Shown here in pieces: positions 61,199 through 64,000 of a stretch of 64,000 nt of DNA (the first letter of the stretch is position 1; each line of letters opens with the position of its first letter). Source of the DNA: Callorhinchus milii (taxonomy: Eukaryota); the NCBI RefSeq assembly GCF_018977255.1, contig NW_024704742.1:30072001-30136000 (forward strand). Direction: 5' to 3'. The position numbers were made by a program, and so were the translations under genes. The notes beneath the pieces are model-generated. The model was given only the letters and a program-made list of their open reading frames with translations. It was not told where the DNA came from and did no database searches.

Positions 61199-62235
61199 GA
61201 AAAATGTACTACTTCACACAGGCACAAAATAATCCAGGAAGGGACTATTATTTCAACAGAAGGAAAATATGTTTCTTTACTTACCAAAGTATCTATCCTT
61301 TAGTCTTCCAAACCCAATATCAAGCAGTTTCCTAAAGAACTCAAGTAATAAAATCATCTGGACTCCAAGCTCTCATGGCTGTCCATAGGAGGATTTGGGT
61401 CACACACCAAAAGAAAAAAGGTTGATTTTAGCAAGGGAGCTCCACATCAATCTTCTCCAGACTTTCCTGTCACACTCCCAGGCCCCCAACTTTATACTGG
61501 TGCTCAATTATCCGTGAGAGCTGGTGCTCAATTATCACAAAACTCCAATCAAACCCGATTGGAGTCCAGCCCTTGTCAGCTCCCTTTAACATAGATTGAT
61601 CATCCGTAAAAAGTAGTGACAGGGTTTATCCTCCTATCACGCTGTCATTTATTGGGCTATTTTCAAACGGATAATCTTCCAGTGCGTTTTAATGCGTTTT
61701 CCATTTATTAAGATCAGACAAATGTGTCTATAATTGACAGATGTAACTTTTACAACTCTCTTGGAATAAAACATCCACGTTTACTTGTTTCCAGTCTATT
61801 GGTTGAAATTCTGGGGGACAAATATTGAAATAATTATTGTCATTTAGTTTTTGTTTTCCCGCCAAATCAGTTACATTCACGTTGTCCGTAGAACCATCTA
61901 GCAATTGGTAATTGGTGCAGCCGATCACAGCCTGGCAAGCTCAAGCCCATTCAAAACAATTACTTGCATTTATATAATAGCCTTCCTGCGGGATAGCACC
62001 TTGGAGCGTTTTGGAGAAAGGTTTGCATAGTTAGTAGCCCAATCGAGGGAAATGACTGTAGAATATGGTCGAAGAGAAAGGTCTTTAAGGTAGTTAGGGA
62101 AGTCAACAATGTCAACAGTTTCAAAGTACTGTTTTTGATGAGATGAGCTGACTTTGACTGTAAAGCAGGTAAGCTGATCTCGACCCAAAGCCAATTTTCT
62201 TATAAATGGCTTGCACAAACACTTGTCAGCTATAA

Positions 62236-62600
62236 ATCAGCATTGATCTTTACTGGTGAACCAGGGTGAGGATTGGGAATAGGAGGCAGTTCGGGAGGCG
62301 AGGGGGGCAAGGGCGTCGAGTGTGGTGGAGAGGGTGCTGTGGAGGAGAGTAAATGCAGAGGATGGGGTTGGTGTGGGAGGTGAGCTAGAGGGGGAGGAGT
62401 TCAGAGGACTCCAGGGCAGCGAAGAGGGATTGCGGGGAGATCTTCTTCCAGGGGTGGTAGGAGATGGTGGTAAGTTTGGAGGCAGTGGGGAGAGGGATAT
62501 AGGAGTTGAGGGAGATGAAATAGTGGTCTCGGGCCCAATCACGGGTGAGGAAGGTAACCAAAGACGCAGTCAAAAAGAAAGGTCCTCTGCTGAGACCTGA
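62236..62600 (-). mobile_element. L2 ORF2 internal fragment (endonuclease-RT linker)
   Basis: DHYFISL..IPL...PWKK.SPQSL and TLSTTLDALAPL...SPWFT motifs in ORFs 62237..62542 and 62385..62651. Confidence 0.72.
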
Positions 62601-63534
62601 AAATGGGAAAAGAGGTGGCGAGAATAATAATAGGGGATGAGAACAATTCATTCCATCAAGTGAACCATGGCATAAAAATTATATATCTGACATAACCATT
62701 TGATTGTGCCGTTGGACAATATTCTTAAAACTTGCTTTAATCATAAATTGGTCATTCATCACCTGGCTCTTTGTCAGACATGGTTTGTGCACATATTGGC
62801 TGCTGAGTTTGCCTACAAATATGCAGTCACTGCACTTAATTACTGTAAAACACTTTTTCTACAATTTGACATTCTAGATGTTAAATCAAATGCAGGGATT
62901 ATTTTTTATTATTATTGGTGCTCACTATTACATCCGTCAACATTTCGAGACATGCTTTATGTGAAAGGCGTTATACCTTTCACAGGATGCTATAATGTAA
63001 TGTATGCTGTCTACTTTTTTCATTGAAAAGTGTGTGCCAGCTCAGGAGTTAATTATCTGTTTTTAGATGAGAACAGGCTTCGATAGTAGTGGGATCTGGG
63101 CATCATTTTGGGATCTTTTCCATTGCCTCAACATAAGCCTTAACCATTTCATGATAGATGCTTCCAACGACCAAAAATTTGGAGATTCAATTGGGAATAA
63201 AGTATGCTAATCCTAACTAACATAGATAATATTAATCCTTACAAATGGTCTAGCAACTTTAATGTCGGGAGGACATCCCAAAGCGCTTTGCAGAATATAC
63301 TGTAAAGTCACTGTTTTGTAGGTGACAATTTTACACAAAGCAATGTCCCAGACAACCACAGAGTGAATAAAGTAGATGTTCTTTCAATGAGTGGGGTGTC
63401 TTTATATGAAGAATCAAAGAAAAATAGAAATATGGAAGGAATGTGATTTTCAGTGTCGTAATTAGAAGGGTTATCATTATTACGTTGGCAGATATTCTGC
63501 TCCTGAAAATATCCCAGTGGATTAGCTCATCAGG

Positions 63535-63795
63535 TAAACTCCCCTTCTGCCCCCACACTCTGGAACTCTATCCCGCAATCCCTCCACCTCACCCCCTCTC
63601 TTCCCTCCTTCAAGTTCGGTCTGAAGACCTTTCTCTTCGACTGTGACTTCGGCCACCTTCCCACCCCCACCTCCCCTGCACTCCACCTCTCCTGACTCCA
63701 ACTCCCAGCTCAGGTCCAAAACCCAATTGTCCACTGCCCTGGGACGTCTTTCCGACGTGAAGGGCGCTATACAAGTGTAATTTGTTGTTGTTGTT
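63535..63795 (+). mobile_element. L2 LINE 3' tail
   Basis: ctctggaactct..cctccttcaag..gggacgtcttt.cgacgtgaagggcgctataca(ttg)n. Confidence 0.82.
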
Positions 63796-64000
63796 CAGAA
63801 GTTCTATTTAAGCCCTGATAACATTTTTAAATGGAGAGGTTTTATGTCAGGTCACTCGTTGCCCCCATTTTACCTGAAAATCCTGAGCCCTTTCAGGGAG
63901 CCAATCTGCAATGGTTGGTCTATTTTTTTGGCTGCCGGGTCTTGATGATACATGTGGAAACCCATCAACATGTTTAAGAACATCCAAACCAAACTGAGAA

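Noticed and set aside
46000..64000. Exons of RNF150, the syntenic upstream neighbour in mammals
   Set aside because: No recognisable RNF150 peptide found; region appears intergenic, though very short exons could be missed by eye

Overview
Eukaryotic (vertebrate) genomic DNA. The repeat content (L2 LINE fragments, tRNA-derived CORE-like SINEs, Deu-domain SINEs, CR1 relics) and compact introns suggest a cartilaginous fish such as a chimaera; this is inference. The window holds one complete gene, TBC1D9 (GRAM-GRAM-TBC/RabGAP-EF-hand), on the minus strand. I mapped 21 GT-AG coding exons by hand from ATG 43416 to TGA 10620 with consistent phases: 3774 nt, 1257 aa, or 1258 aa with the upstream NAGNAG acceptor of exon 20. 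A GC/CpG-rich promoter region lies at about 42.9-45.9 kb and a candidate poly(A) signal at 10059. The rest is intronic or intergenic and rich in repeats. Most interesting structures: (1) a ~100-nt, ~90% identical inverted repeat bracketing the frame-preserving 99-nt exon 14; (2) a 135-bp TA-flanked MITE inserted 13 nt from the exon 18 acceptor, splitting its pyrimidine tract; (3) a 1.1-kb solo-LTR-like element with a 13-unit G-rich minisatellite just after its TATA box; (4) a pre-miRNA-sized hairpin in intron 2. No prokaryotic systems, CRISPR arrays or genuine tRNA/rRNA genes were seen. Repeat boundaries are approximate and family names come from recalled consensus features, not a database search.
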